From Catajapyx aquilonaris (lineage: Eukaryota), in assembly GCA_000934665.2 (NCBI GenBank), contig KZ537995.1:62001-126000 (forward strand): a stretch of 64,000 nt of DNA. Direction: 5' to 3'. Positions 52,949-64,000 of the stretch are shown here, in pieces (positions within the stretch are counted from its first letter, which is position 1; each line of letters begins with the position of its first letter). A program made the translations under genes and the position numbers. The notes beneath the pieces are model-generated. The model did no database searches. It saw only the letters and a program-made list of their open reading frames with translations, and had not been told where the DNA came from.

Positions 52949-55900
52949 AAAACCCTTTTGAGGGGTTTCCTTCATATTGTCGTGGTGGTTGGGAGTGGAA
53001 GGCTGAATGACGTCGGCTCAATATTGTGGCTTCTCAGGGGCGTCGCTTTTTTACCTGGAGTGTTTTGGGAGTGCTCGATTCGATAAGCAGATCCCGAGTC
53101 AAACAGGTCCTGCCTGACACCAGGTGGCGGGAGTGGTCGAAAATTATCTTCTACACAAAATTTGAATAAAAAAATAATAATCAAACTGTACTTAAGCTAT
53201 AACAAAAACCTGAGGTCATTCCCGCCATATGTTGTCGAATGAATTTTGTGCCGAAAATGAATCCCCCCCCCCCCTTTTCAGCGACGCCTCTGGCTTATGT
53301 ACTGGTTAGAACCGGAATATTCAAAATTAGGTAATACACAGTACGTTTAGTGGGAACTTTTCAGTTCTTATATATGCCAATAGAATGGGACCATGTCGAT
53401 TTTACTCACGTACAAAGTTTTTGGCTCTGATATTCAGTCAGCCTTTACATCTCGTTGATTCGCTTTTGGTCAAAATGTTGTTACTTCACACATAAAAAAA
53501 ATATTAATAATAATCAAACCTTGAGGTGGTGTATTTTTATGTAGGAACTCGTTATTAAAAATTTTAATGGCTTGATGAGTTGGATGATGTAGTTTGCGAG
53601 AACATGTTTCCTGCCAATTCTACAAAAAAAAACACAAGGTAGAGAAATATTATTATGTAAGTGACAATTGAGCAGTAGGATGAGTTTTAAGAAGAAAACT
53701 TGTTCCTAAAGAAGTGAAGCGATAGAGAGAGAATTTTGTGAGCTAATATTTTTGTTCCTGTAATAGCATTAAGTTGCTAAAATGCTGATTTTAATATTGC
53801 ATTGCGTACCTATGCTAATTCCGCCAAAGTAGGAAGTGTACAGCCGGCATTGAGATGGTGCTTAGAGTAATACCCTACATTTTGTAGGTTGAGGGTACGT
53901 CCGTAAGTGATGAAAAAAAAAAGTTGTTACACAAAGTATTGAAACAGTTAGGTAACATACACTTTCCATGATAAGTCAAATAGCCACTGGTTTTTAAAGG
54001 AAAAAAAGGGTGCTTCTTGGAAAAAAATTGACAACACCTTGCATTTACTTGACACTGGAAAGTTTGTCACGTTACCGCGCAGTATTATATTTAAAAATAA
54101 TAACACCTCCGAGAAAAGGAACAGTCTGAAAATGACACATATGATGCAATCACTTTCGTTTCAGTGTCGTGTGAGCGCAACGAGTGTTTACATTTCTGTA
54201 GTGCGTAAGTTACCACCTGCAGAACATGCAGTTTTGTAGAATGCATATAAGGGCACGTATAGTTCCAGAATCACACTCGACAAGAAGAAAAAAATAATTA
54301 TGAGAGTGTATGAAGAAAAAAATGATTTTGCCAATTGACGTCATTTGGGCCTTCCAAACCACGATGTGGCTTTATTTAAAACTGAAATACATGCTCTTAC
54401 AGCGTTGAGGGAACCATTTTTGAATTTTAAAAACAACAACAAAGTATTGAGGAAATCTTGCCAATGTTTTCTTTGTCTTTCTTCCAATCTCCTGTGATAA
54501 GAAAAAAAAAACGTAAGCGTGTTGGGATCTGTTTTAAGCCTTTGAAAGAACCGGGGCCCGTTTGCCAATTTACGTTGAAACACCTTTGTGTTGCAATGAA
54601 CCATTTCAACAACAAAAAAGGCGTAATAAAATAGCCCCCTCTCATAACCTACCCCTCAAGTTGAATATATGTAGATTTAACATAGTGCCGAGTTTATGAT
54701 TATAATCTTGTCGTTGAAGAGTTGTTTAAAAATCTATTATACAAAACGTTGAACAATAATAATTGCCATTCTTTGAGAGTTCAGATCGATCAAAAACCTT
54801 ATATAGAGAGCCTACCCGTTTTTAGAGCCCATCGCACACTAGTTTTTACAACCTTGATTATTATAGCCTCGGAAGGCACCTGTTATAATCATCAGCTCCG
54901 ACATGTTTAGCAGGATAACTCAACATGTCGGAGCTCATTGGTACGCACTACTAATACTGTGATGAGATATAACCACCGAATTTTGTTATTTTTTATTTTT
55001 GTGGTCGAGGGTAGAAATTATAAGGGTGTAGCGTGCGATGGGTTGCGATTATGAGGCAGGGTTTGAAGTGGTGCAGTACATAATGTACATAATATCATGC
55101 AAAAATTAATTCCCCCCCCCCCCCNCATAGGCTGCATGTCTAGTGCCCTGAAAGTGATGCCACCATGCGTCCTCATCTCAACAGCATTGTTGTAGTACGT
55201 TATTCATCATACAGCATAGACGTAGTCAAAGTTTCGCCTCAATTTTCAATAAAAAATATAAGAAGAGAGATTGCCCCCCCCTCCCATCCCCCGCAAAGCG
55301 GAAAAAAAGTTACTGTCTTTTATGAGTTTTAAGGGGGAAATGCGAATGGTAATGAATGTGTGTTTATCCATTACAGTGCAATAGGCGATCGATCGTCTCC
55401 ATGGTTGTCACAATATTGTATGTGCCTCAATAGATTTTACTACTTTGTATCATACAGTTATGTTGGATATTGTGTACTGTACATATAAATTATGATCTGT
55501 AACTCCTGAGCTGAAACATGGAAGAGGCAAAAATAATTTTTGTCTTGATTAATTTTTTTTAGCCCGAACAAGGTACTGTGGCCAGCAAGATTCAACCACT
55601 GAATATTGGCGTGCAGAAAAAAAGGTGGTGATGAAAATAATGTTTAGAGTTTAGGGAGAAATGAAGTAGGCATAATAATGATTCAATATTATTTCAGCAC
55701 AAGTGCGAAGTCATACTTTCATGATTTGTACACATTGATTGTTACAGTGACGTTTATGAATTACTAAGTGCAAAAATTGGCCAGAAGCTCTCAGATCCAT
55801 TAAAACCCATTTTAAGGAAGCGATTAGTTCAATGCATTGTCAAATGCAGCAAAAAATGACTAGAGCCTATCGGTATGCTTACATGGAAGAAACGTTGCCA

Positions 55901-56076
55901 AATAATATTTTGCTGAAACATATCTTCGCACGTGTCAAAAATTAGTAACAGCAAGTGAAGTTTCATATGTATTTAACAATATTATTTAGCAGGCAGTGTG
56001 TATCATAGGAACTTAACCGCAACAATGTAACATATTCAAAATTTCAGCCGTTTGCAGAAAAGGTCAAAAATAACTC

Positions 56077-56608
56077 ATGTTCGACATGGTTCTAGTAAGT
56101 ACATGGTTTACTGTGCATTGTTTGAAATTATATTTTATGCATATCATAATATTTATTGCAGAATTTCTTATTACGTTTCTTTTACTCTGAACCGGACCCC
56201 TTTCCGGATTTGTCACATCTCGTAATGGTCTTTGCGTGGATTTGCGTGTTCTCCACAGTAATATTTTGGTATGGACTCGTCATGGTAAGGCAAAAAACAA
56301 CAACAACAACGTCATAGTGTAACTTTTCACAACTTTGATTCTTCCCATCCTTACAGAACAGCCCGAAATTTATGGTGCTCTACTTGCTGCTCAACCTATT
56401 TGGTTTTATTTTGGGCCTTATTCTGGACCTGATAGCAGTGGCTGGACATGATGGCTCAGGAACCACCCTGCTGGTAGTTCAGACCATACTGACAACAATA
56501 TGGCGCTTCTACTTCCTCCTGATGACCACCGCATGTTACCACCGTCGATATATCACCTCGAGACGGTCAATAAGGAGGATAGGTCGCCAATCAAATAATT
56601 CTTACTAA
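56077..56608 (+). CDS. Small uncharacterised 3-TM membrane protein, 130 aa (LAPTM/DUF4728-like motif)
   Basis: Exons 56077-56094, 56162-56284, 56357-56608; GT-AG introns of 67 and 72 bp, both phase 0; 393 nt; in-frame stop just upstream (56071); AATAAA at 56639. Hydrophobic segments LVMVFAWICVFSTVIFWYGLV, FMVLYLLLNLFGFILGLILDLIAV and LLVVQTILTTIWRFYFLLMTTACY. Confidence 0.7.
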
Positions 56609-56913
56609 GGAACACGTTTAAAAAAAACAGAAGAGACAAATAAATTACTTGTACAGCCAAAACCTGAATAGCCAGATAAATTTTAGTGCTAATTAGGCTA
56701 AAACTCATTACTTTCAATGTTTAAGCCTCCCGCTTGAATATGACGACACTTTTCCATGAAGCGGACAAATTTCAAACTAAAATTCGCCATTTTGTGTCCC
56801 AAGCGGGTCCACATGTTTTTTTTTCGAGCACGTGATTAAATCCTTGGACCAATCAGGACCCAATGTGCTCATTGCAGCCTCCCAAAGAAAAGTACTTTTT
56901 TTTTTTTCCCCTC

Positions 56914-56923
56914 GGTACTTTCC
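56914..56923 (+). promoter_or_regulatory. kB-like site GGTACTTTCC upstream of C19orf12 copy 1
   Basis: One mismatch to GGGACTTTCC, at the position homologous to the perfect site of copy 2. Confidence 0.45.
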
Positions 56924-57893
56924 CCCTGGTACTTTCACTAGTCATACACACCAGACAACGAAACACCAAAAGAGGAGCACTGGAGAAGAGGTGAGAGTAC
57001 GGTGTGCCGCTTTGATCAATAATTGTTGTACGCACCACGTGCACTTGGGTACTGAAGATTGTTGGCAAGGTAATGGTGGGTATGCCACTTTGTCAGATAA
57101 AAATAAAGAGTCATGCAGCTATAAAAAGTTGTCATGAGATAAGGTTTTCCTGTCACTATCATAGATGAGTAACCGCGGATTGTTGCTGCGATTATTTTAA
57201 GTAAGCTTGTTACACGTGTACTTGTTGCTGAAATTAATCTGGGTTACAGCGGGAGTGTTTTTTTTTGGGAAGGAGCCAATGGGACGTAGCGCAAGATATT
57301 CAGGCAGTGTTGACTCAGCTTCCGAAGTAACATCTGACGTGTAGGTTTGTGCTCAAAACCAGCGGTGTTTGACTTGTTTCCACGAGCCTTTGGACACCAG
57401 GTAACTTCCTTTTTACTGCTACAGTATGTGCTCAGATAGAGGTTCCTTGATATGGATGTTTAGCGTACGTAGCACTGACCGCACCAATCCGTCGTGAGCG
57501 TACTTGTTAGCGGGGGAATTTTCTCATGGCACATACTGGGATGCCAGAAGGGCATGCACTGTATCACGTGTGGGTGTGTAGATTTGGATCATTGCGAGAA
57601 GTTCACACATGACGTTTGCTCTTGGGATTTTAAAAAGTGTAACCTATGTTCCCCTTTTCTTGATTTGCTACATATTTGATAATATTTCACAATTACACCC
57701 TGATGTTGTAAGATTACTGAAGAGGGGGAAAAAATATCTGCATTTTCAAATATCTAGTGACCAACATTTTTATCTGCATGTGCGTAATTAGGCGTTTGTG
57801 TACTCCTAGATGTCTATGGACTAGTCCGGAGCTTGGTAAAAACTTGGGATCAAATGAAGAGACTGATGGCACAATTAATTTCCAGGTGACGCC

Positions 57894-58389
57894 ATGCCAA
57901 TCAATGGTCATGAGATTCTGGAGGTGTGCCAACAATTGGCAAGTGACAGGAACATGAGGGTGACTGTGACCCAGTCTGCGAAGGGAGGTCTCATGGCTGG
58001 GGCAGGGGCCTTTGTGGGAGGCATATGCATGGGACCTCTAGGACTTGCCATTGGTAGCGGCCATTAAATATCAGATATAGTTAATGTTGGTTATCTGGTG
58101 CGACCGTCCGTTAATGGCTATTTCACTTTCAGGAGCAACAGTAGGTGGCTTGATTGCATATGCCAATGCAGAAGAATTCAAGCCTGCTGCAATGGCGATC
58201 ATGACAATGCCTGAGCATGAGAAAGCAAGACTGATTGAATCCGTTCAACGAATCATTGCTGATCTGGACATCTCCGATGCCACGAGGCTGCTTCTCCTGC
58301 TGAACGGCAATCAGATTCTGACTGCCACCATTGTTGACGAGATCGTAGGAGTCCTGAAGCAGCATTGCGTCATGGTCACAATGGACTGA
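57894..58389 (+). CDS. C19orf12: C19orf12/nazo homolog, copy 1, 138 aa
   Basis: Exons 57894-58053 and 58133-58389 (417 nt). MPINGHEILEVCQQLASDRNMRVTVTQSAKGGLMAGAGAFVGGICMGPLGLAIGATVGGLIAY...EFKPAAMAIMTMPEHEKARL matches the C19orf12 family (MRVTV..S.KG, glycine-zipper segment, FKP...I..LP). Confidence 0.93.
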
Positions 58390-59055
58390 ACATTTTGTTA
58401 GTGACACCTTGTTGATATTATACGGTATGTTCCACCCAGTGAAAGCCAAGCTGTAACACCCTCCGGAATGTGTGTCAGTATTTTTATACACCATACTTTT
58501 TTATTAAATTTGTTCCGGAATGCAATACGATCGTGTCGCCTTTAGGTCATGTTGGACGACAACGAGCAGCAATTAAAATGAAAGATCTGTCATAAGCGGC
58601 TGGTTGCCTTTTTATTTCACATTAGCTGGCATGGTCCTGGTATTTTCTTTTCTCATTTTCAGTTTTGTAACTTCAGCATGCATTCGTCCGGTTCACATGT
58701 TTCTTCGATACGGGATTGAAATTTTGAAAGCAGAATTGATACGAGAAGAGAATCAGTCTATAGAAAATCTTACATGGTAATTCTTTAAATGTAAATTTTA
58801 CAGTAAAATTGACATCCCATTGGTACCCACAGAGTGTAATTATTGTCAAAAAGTCATTATGTTCTCTATATTTAAGCATCCTGCTTGAAGGACACTGCGC
58901 CACTGCTGCAAGAAGTGGACAAATTGCCAAATACATCTGCGGTGGTGGGTCCCACAGTCAACTGTTTATCGAGCATGTGAGAGTCTTGGACCAATCCAGA
59001 GCCACCTTTTCTGTCATATGTTCACTGCATATGCAACAGAATGAGCTTTTCCCTT

Positions 59056-59065
59056 GGGACTTTCC
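59056..59065 (+). promoter_or_regulatory. Canonical NF-kB site GGGACTTTCC upstream of C19orf12 copy 2
   Basis: Exact match to the classical kB decamer, 86 nt before the first non-coding donor (59142), with a CCAAT box at 58991. Confidence 0.6.
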
Positions 59066-60010
59066 CTGGTATCACGCCTGAAACTTTCACTAGCCATTCA
59101 CCAAACAATGATACTCTCAGGAGAGGTTCAGGACTGAAGAGGTGAGAGGACTGCCGCTTTGATTTAAAAATGTTGTACGCAGCATGTGCGTTTTAGTGGA
59201 GTACCGCTTGCTTAAGGTTGCTGACGGAGATGTACATTAATTGTTGGCAGTAATGTTCCTCACATACAAAAGATGAGGCCGTGTGACTGGTGCATGTTCT
59301 TAAACCGCCATTAGATAACGCTGAGTATGATGGTCTGTTACCAAGGAAGTTGTCACGAGATAAGGGTTTCCTGTCACTGTGACGAATGGGATGTGGCACA
59401 AGATATTCAGGTGGTGTTGATTCACTTGTCAGTTTCCAAAGTAACTGCTTACAAGTAGGTTTGTGCTCCAGAGCAGTGGTGTAAAGTAGTGTGTTGACCT
59501 GTTTCGTTGAGTCTTTGCACATTATTGCAGGTAATTTACTTTTAACTGCTGCGGCATGTGTGCAGAAATTAGTTCCTAGATATGAATGATTGGATGGTGT
59601 ATGTCAAGTTACTGGTAACCACACCGTCATGTGACCAATTTGTAATGAGCTTACTCTTAGCAGAGAATTTTCTTCTTTCACATATTCTTGGGGTGTCAGA
59701 AAGACATGCTGTGTAGATTTAGATCATTGCCAGATGTGATTGTATTGATGATTGTGTTCAGGAAAACAACAACGGTAAGCTGTATAATCCTCGATAATAT
59801 TTCACAATTGGACCCAGCTAAATGTTGTCAGATTGCTGAAAATATTGAGCGAAAATTTCAAAAGTCTAGTCACCACCATTTTTATCTGCAGGTGATGTAA
59901 TTAGGCATTAGTCATCTGCTAACAACGGACTTCTCCAAAGCTTGGTTTAAAAAACTGGCATGCTGCTTATTTCTAAATGACGATGACACAATTTATTTCC
60001 AGGTGACACC

Positions 60011-60536
60011 ATGACAATCAACAGTCATGAGATCCTGAAGGTGTGCCAGCGACTGGCAAATGACAAGAACATGAGGGTGACGGTTAGCCAGGCTCTTCGA
60101 GCAAGTCTCATCACTGGATCAGGGACCGCTGTCGGATGCCTTTTCTTGGGACCTCTAGGAATTCCCATTGGTAAGGGGTTCAGCATGACTTAGAGCTCTT
60201 GACTCAATGACTAATGGCCATTAAATATCAGATTGTTAATGTAGGTGAACCTATGCAATGATGGCTATTTTACTTTCAGGGGGAGGAATAGGTATCTTCA
60301 TTGCATGGGCCACGTCAGAAGACTTCAAGTCTGCTGCATCAGTAATCATGGCAATGCCTGAATCTGAGAAGGCGAGGCTGATTAAGTCTGTTAAGCGAAT
60401 TATTGCTGATCTGGACGTCTCTGATGCCATGATGCTGCTTCGCATTCTGAATGGCGATCAGCTTCTGACTGAGAACATCGTTATGGAGATTGCGAGAGCC
60501 CTGACTCGGCAGTCTTACAAGATCAGAGTGGACTGA
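60011..60536 (+). CDS. C19orf12: C19orf12/nazo homolog, copy 2 (divergent), 138 aa
   Basis: Exons 60011-60170 and 60280-60536 (417 nt), with exon lengths and phase identical to copy 1; AATAAA at 60604. Confidence 0.9.
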
Positions 60537-60932
60537 ACCACAAGGTGTCTACAGTGGTCACCGCCCGCTCCATATGCCCCGTGCGGGCTGGGGGTCGAGG
60601 GAAAATAAACCACATTGAGCCTGGACTTGGTTGTTGTTGGTTGGAAATTGGGAGTGTCTCACCCTCATTGTTTTACAGGTCACAGCAGGTATAAAGGATC
60701 GCTTATTAGAGTAATTAGACCTTACAAGTGTCAGTTTTAATGTGAGGTAGGCTACCGTATTGTTCGTTTCCATACTGTATTTGGCTGCAGCGAGAGCCAC
60801 CTGGCGTCATAATTTCGAACCATTCGTCGGCCATGCTTGATTCCAAGATGGCGCCCTTCTGATGCAAGCAGATGCTTTTTTTGGTGGACAAAATCGGACT
60901 TGATTTGGTAGAAATAACTCAAATAAGTCGAG

Positions 60933-63659
60933 ATGGGGACCCAACTGGCCCAGAAGGAGGACGTGCTGCAGGCGGTCCTCGTGGCGGACTCGTTCAACAG
61001 GAAGTTCGGTCCGCTCGTCCTCAACAGGCCAACGGTTGGTAGCATCAGGTGGACCATATGCTTCATCAGACATAATCTTGATTATTATTTTGACAGTGTC
61101 TTCTGCCGCTGTTGAACACGCCGATATTGGATCATACTCTTCAGTGGCTGTGTGTGGCTGGGGTCCAGGAGCTTTTTCTGTGCGTTCAAAGCCATCCGAA
61201 CCGCATTAAGGACCACCTGCAACAATCGAGATGGGACAACAACTCAATGTCCGTATCCGTTATTGTGTGTGATGGAGCACGGTCTGTCGGGGATGTCCTT
61301 CGCGACTTGGATGCCAAGGGGACTCTGCGTACCGACTTCTTGCTTTTGTCCGATCCAGATGTGATATCAAACTTGCCTTTGAAGCCGCTGATGAAGATGC
61401 ATCGGGACAAATGCAAATTTGACAGATCCAATGTTATGACTGTTGTCGTCCGTAAAGCTTGTCCTGACCACCGATCACGATTGCCTGACACTGACCTTCT
61501 GCTGGTGACCCACCCTGGCACCGATCGTTTATTGCAACTACAGCATTCTAACGGGAGGAGACTGGGGCTTCCACTGGAGCTATTTCAAGAGAACCCGGAG
61601 ACAGACATTCGCTTTGATCTGAGTAACACTGGACTATCCGTATGCACTCCTGCTGTCCCACCATTGTTCTCGGACAATTTTGACTACCAGACTATGGATG
61701 ACCTGGTCAAAGGGGTTCTTCAGCATGAGGAGACTCTTGGTAACAGCATCTACCTTCATGTCCTTGAAGGTCGGCACTATGCAGGGAGAGTGACCAATCT
61801 TCGGGGCTATCATGCTGTTAGGTAACGACAAAGTGACATTACAAAGTAGTTACAACTCAGGTACAATTAATTTTGCTTTCATTACCGTGACTCATGTTTA
61901 AGTGCGTGAAGTGATTAGCAGCTTTCAATGTAATTCTTTCTGATATGTTCTGAATTTTATGTGAGCATAACGATAAATATTGGCTTTTATGCTTATCTAG
62001 TGAAAGTTCTTCATTGGAGAGAAAATAGTCGAAAGTGAGCAGTAAAAAGCGAAGTGAAGATTTCCACATGTGAAAGGGTCATAACTTTAATTCGCTTTTC
62101 TCCTCCTGTCAGTCGTGACTTGATGCAGCGGTGGGTGTATCCAGTGGTACCGGATGGAAGCTATTCCCACCATCCTGGAAATATTTACAAAGGGGACGTC
62201 CGATTGGCCAGGTTTGTTGTTTCATGCCTTATTGTTGGATTTTGAATCATAACCATATTGCTTGTAATAAACATTAATATTACGATTTATGTCCACCTTT
62301 CATACTATCGTGTTACATTATTTTTATAGCCTCTCTTGCTCGTATAAGCCAAAGTTACCTCAGTAGAATTATGTTATGCCGGACATGAACAGTAGTATTA
62401 AATGACAATGTTTTCCAGAGGATGTGTACTGGAGGAGGATGTTTTGATTGGCAGTGGGACATCCATTGGGAAGGATAGCACAATTAAGCATGCCTCAGTT
62501 GGGCGCAACTGTACTATTGGATGTGGAGTTCACATCAGCGATTCGCACTTGATGGATGGCTGCATCATTGGGGATGGGTGTCAGATCCGATCCTCTTTGC
62601 TGGCAGAAGGGGTATGCTTGGGGAAAGAGGTTAATCTGAAGTCAAATTGCGTGCTGGGCGAGAAAGTGAAGATTAAATCTGGCTGGTCAGGCGAAGGACA
62701 GCGGATGATTGCAAGTGATGGTGGATGGGCTCTGTACGAAAGCAAGGATGGGTCTGATTCCGAAGAAGAGTCAGATGGAGATCTGATTGATGCTGGTGTT
62801 GAGTCAGACAGCACTGCTAGCCACAGTGACAGGGAGGACACTTCACTTGAGGACCTTTCACTCAGGGGATCCCCAGCAATGGTGGATGACTCAAAAAGTA
62901 ATGGTTGCCAACTGAGTTAACATTACAAGATTTATTTGTTTCAGCATGTTACATCATTTTAACTTAACCTGTTGCAGTATTCAAGAGTGAAGTGGAGGAC
63001 AGCCTCACACGTGGTCTTGAAGAGCGTGTGAATTGTGAAAACCTAATTCTCGAGATCAACTCCTCCAAGTATGCCTACAATGTCTCCATGGCAGAGGTCA
63101 ACTCCATCGTCACCAAGGCTGCACTGCAGGTGTCACACAACAAGTCAGCTGCTACAACCACTCCTCAGCTGATATCCGCCATGATTGGGAAAGAAGGGGG
63201 ACTTACCTACTTCCTGCCACTCTTCAGGAACTACATCAAGAGTGCAGATTCACAGGGTCACTGCCTGGCAGCCATTGAGGTTAGGGTCACTTCATACGTA
63301 CGTCTCACTTGGGCTAATTAAATTTATTTCATGATACAAGCCTATGCAAACATTATTTTCCTTGCTTTCTGTGAGATGTCAAAATGAAGAAGCTGGTGTA
63401 GTCATTAATAATAATAATGGTTATTTTCCAACAGGAATGGTGTGCATCTGATGTGACCAGCAATGCCACTTTGCCCACCAAGATATTCCACTTTTTTTAC
63501 CAGCACGACATTCTCTCAGAAGACAGCGTTCTCCAGTGGTATCAGTCCCCTCCTGACAACCCGGATGTGGGGAACACTGTCAGGAAGCAGGTGGAGCCAT
63601 TCGTCAAGTGGTTGCAGGAAGCAGAAGAAGAAGAGGATGATTCAGATGATTCAGACTGA
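60933..63659 (+). CDS. EIF2B5: Translation initiation factor eIF2B subunit epsilon, 643 aa
   Basis: Exons 60933-61034, 61097-61821, 62113-62211, 62419-62897, 62978-63279, 63435-63659 (1932 nt). Motifs LQAVLVADSFNRKF.P, LFSDNFDYQT, RDLMQRWVYP, hexapeptide-repeat LbH region, LILEINSSKYAYN and W2 domain ending FVKWLQEAEEEEDDSD. Confidence 0.97.
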
Positions 63660-64000
63660 TCCAGTTGTTCTCTGGCAGTCTCACACTTGGTACAGTATTG
63701 TACTTCAGCCTTGGGAATGACTATTAAAAGGGGCTTATTGCATTGATAAAGAGAGTTTTATGCAAGGACTAGGTTGTAGTGATTCTTAAAAAGTGATTTA
63801 AAAAGTACTCTACTGTCACAGTGCTGAAATAGTGTGAGAATTGGAAATTATTGATTAATTTTTGATAATGAAGGTGGGGTTTACATGTGCGAAATCTTTT
63901 CCGAGGCTGAAATTAACAATCGATTTTTGCCTCAAACAATATTGGTTACTTGTGTTACTCACCCTCTGTGAAGATTTCGCTCGTCAAATCGCTAACATGT

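Larger units (their letters stand above)
56840..60540 (+). repeat. Tandem duplication (~2.1-kb period) of the C19orf12 transcription unit
   Basis: About 56840-58390 is colinear with about 58980-60540: shared TTGGACCAATC, first donor GAAGAG|GTGAGAG (56991, 59142), GAGATAAGG.TTTCCTGTCACT, GATAATATTTCACAATT, TTTCCAG|GTGAC.CCATG and both coding exons. Confidence 0.9.

Overview
Eukaryotic genomic DNA from an animal (probably an arthropod; species not identifiable from sequence alone), with GT-AG spliceosomal introns mostly 60-110 bp long. I could splice seven protein-coding genes by hand into intact reading frames: calnexin (+, 6 coding exons, 633 aa); mitochondrial lipoyl synthase LIAS (-, 4 exons, 370 aa); a very large TRMT9B/KIAA1456 (fly fid)-type methyltransferase gene (+, 11 coding exons, about 1674 aa, methyltransferase domain split by a ~1440-aa insert); a small 3-exon, 3-TM membrane protein (130 aa); two tandem C19orf12/nazo paralogs (138 aa each); and eIF2B epsilon (+, 6 exons, 643 aa). 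The large introns carry non-autonomous DNA transposons: a Helitron-like element with a nested Helentron/HINE-like element, several foldback/MITE elements and pogo-like fragments. There is also an AT-rich tandem repeat, many poly-G/poly-C tracts and one assembly gap. The most interesting hypotheses are: (1) NF-kB sites at equivalent promoter positions of both nazo paralogs, suggesting an inducible antiviral locus; (2) a PKA-RI-anchoring (AKAP-like) helix plus many PKA sites in the TRMT9B insert; (3) an ATF4-like uORF arrangement upstream of eIF2B epsilon. All three are inferences that need transcript or biochemical data.
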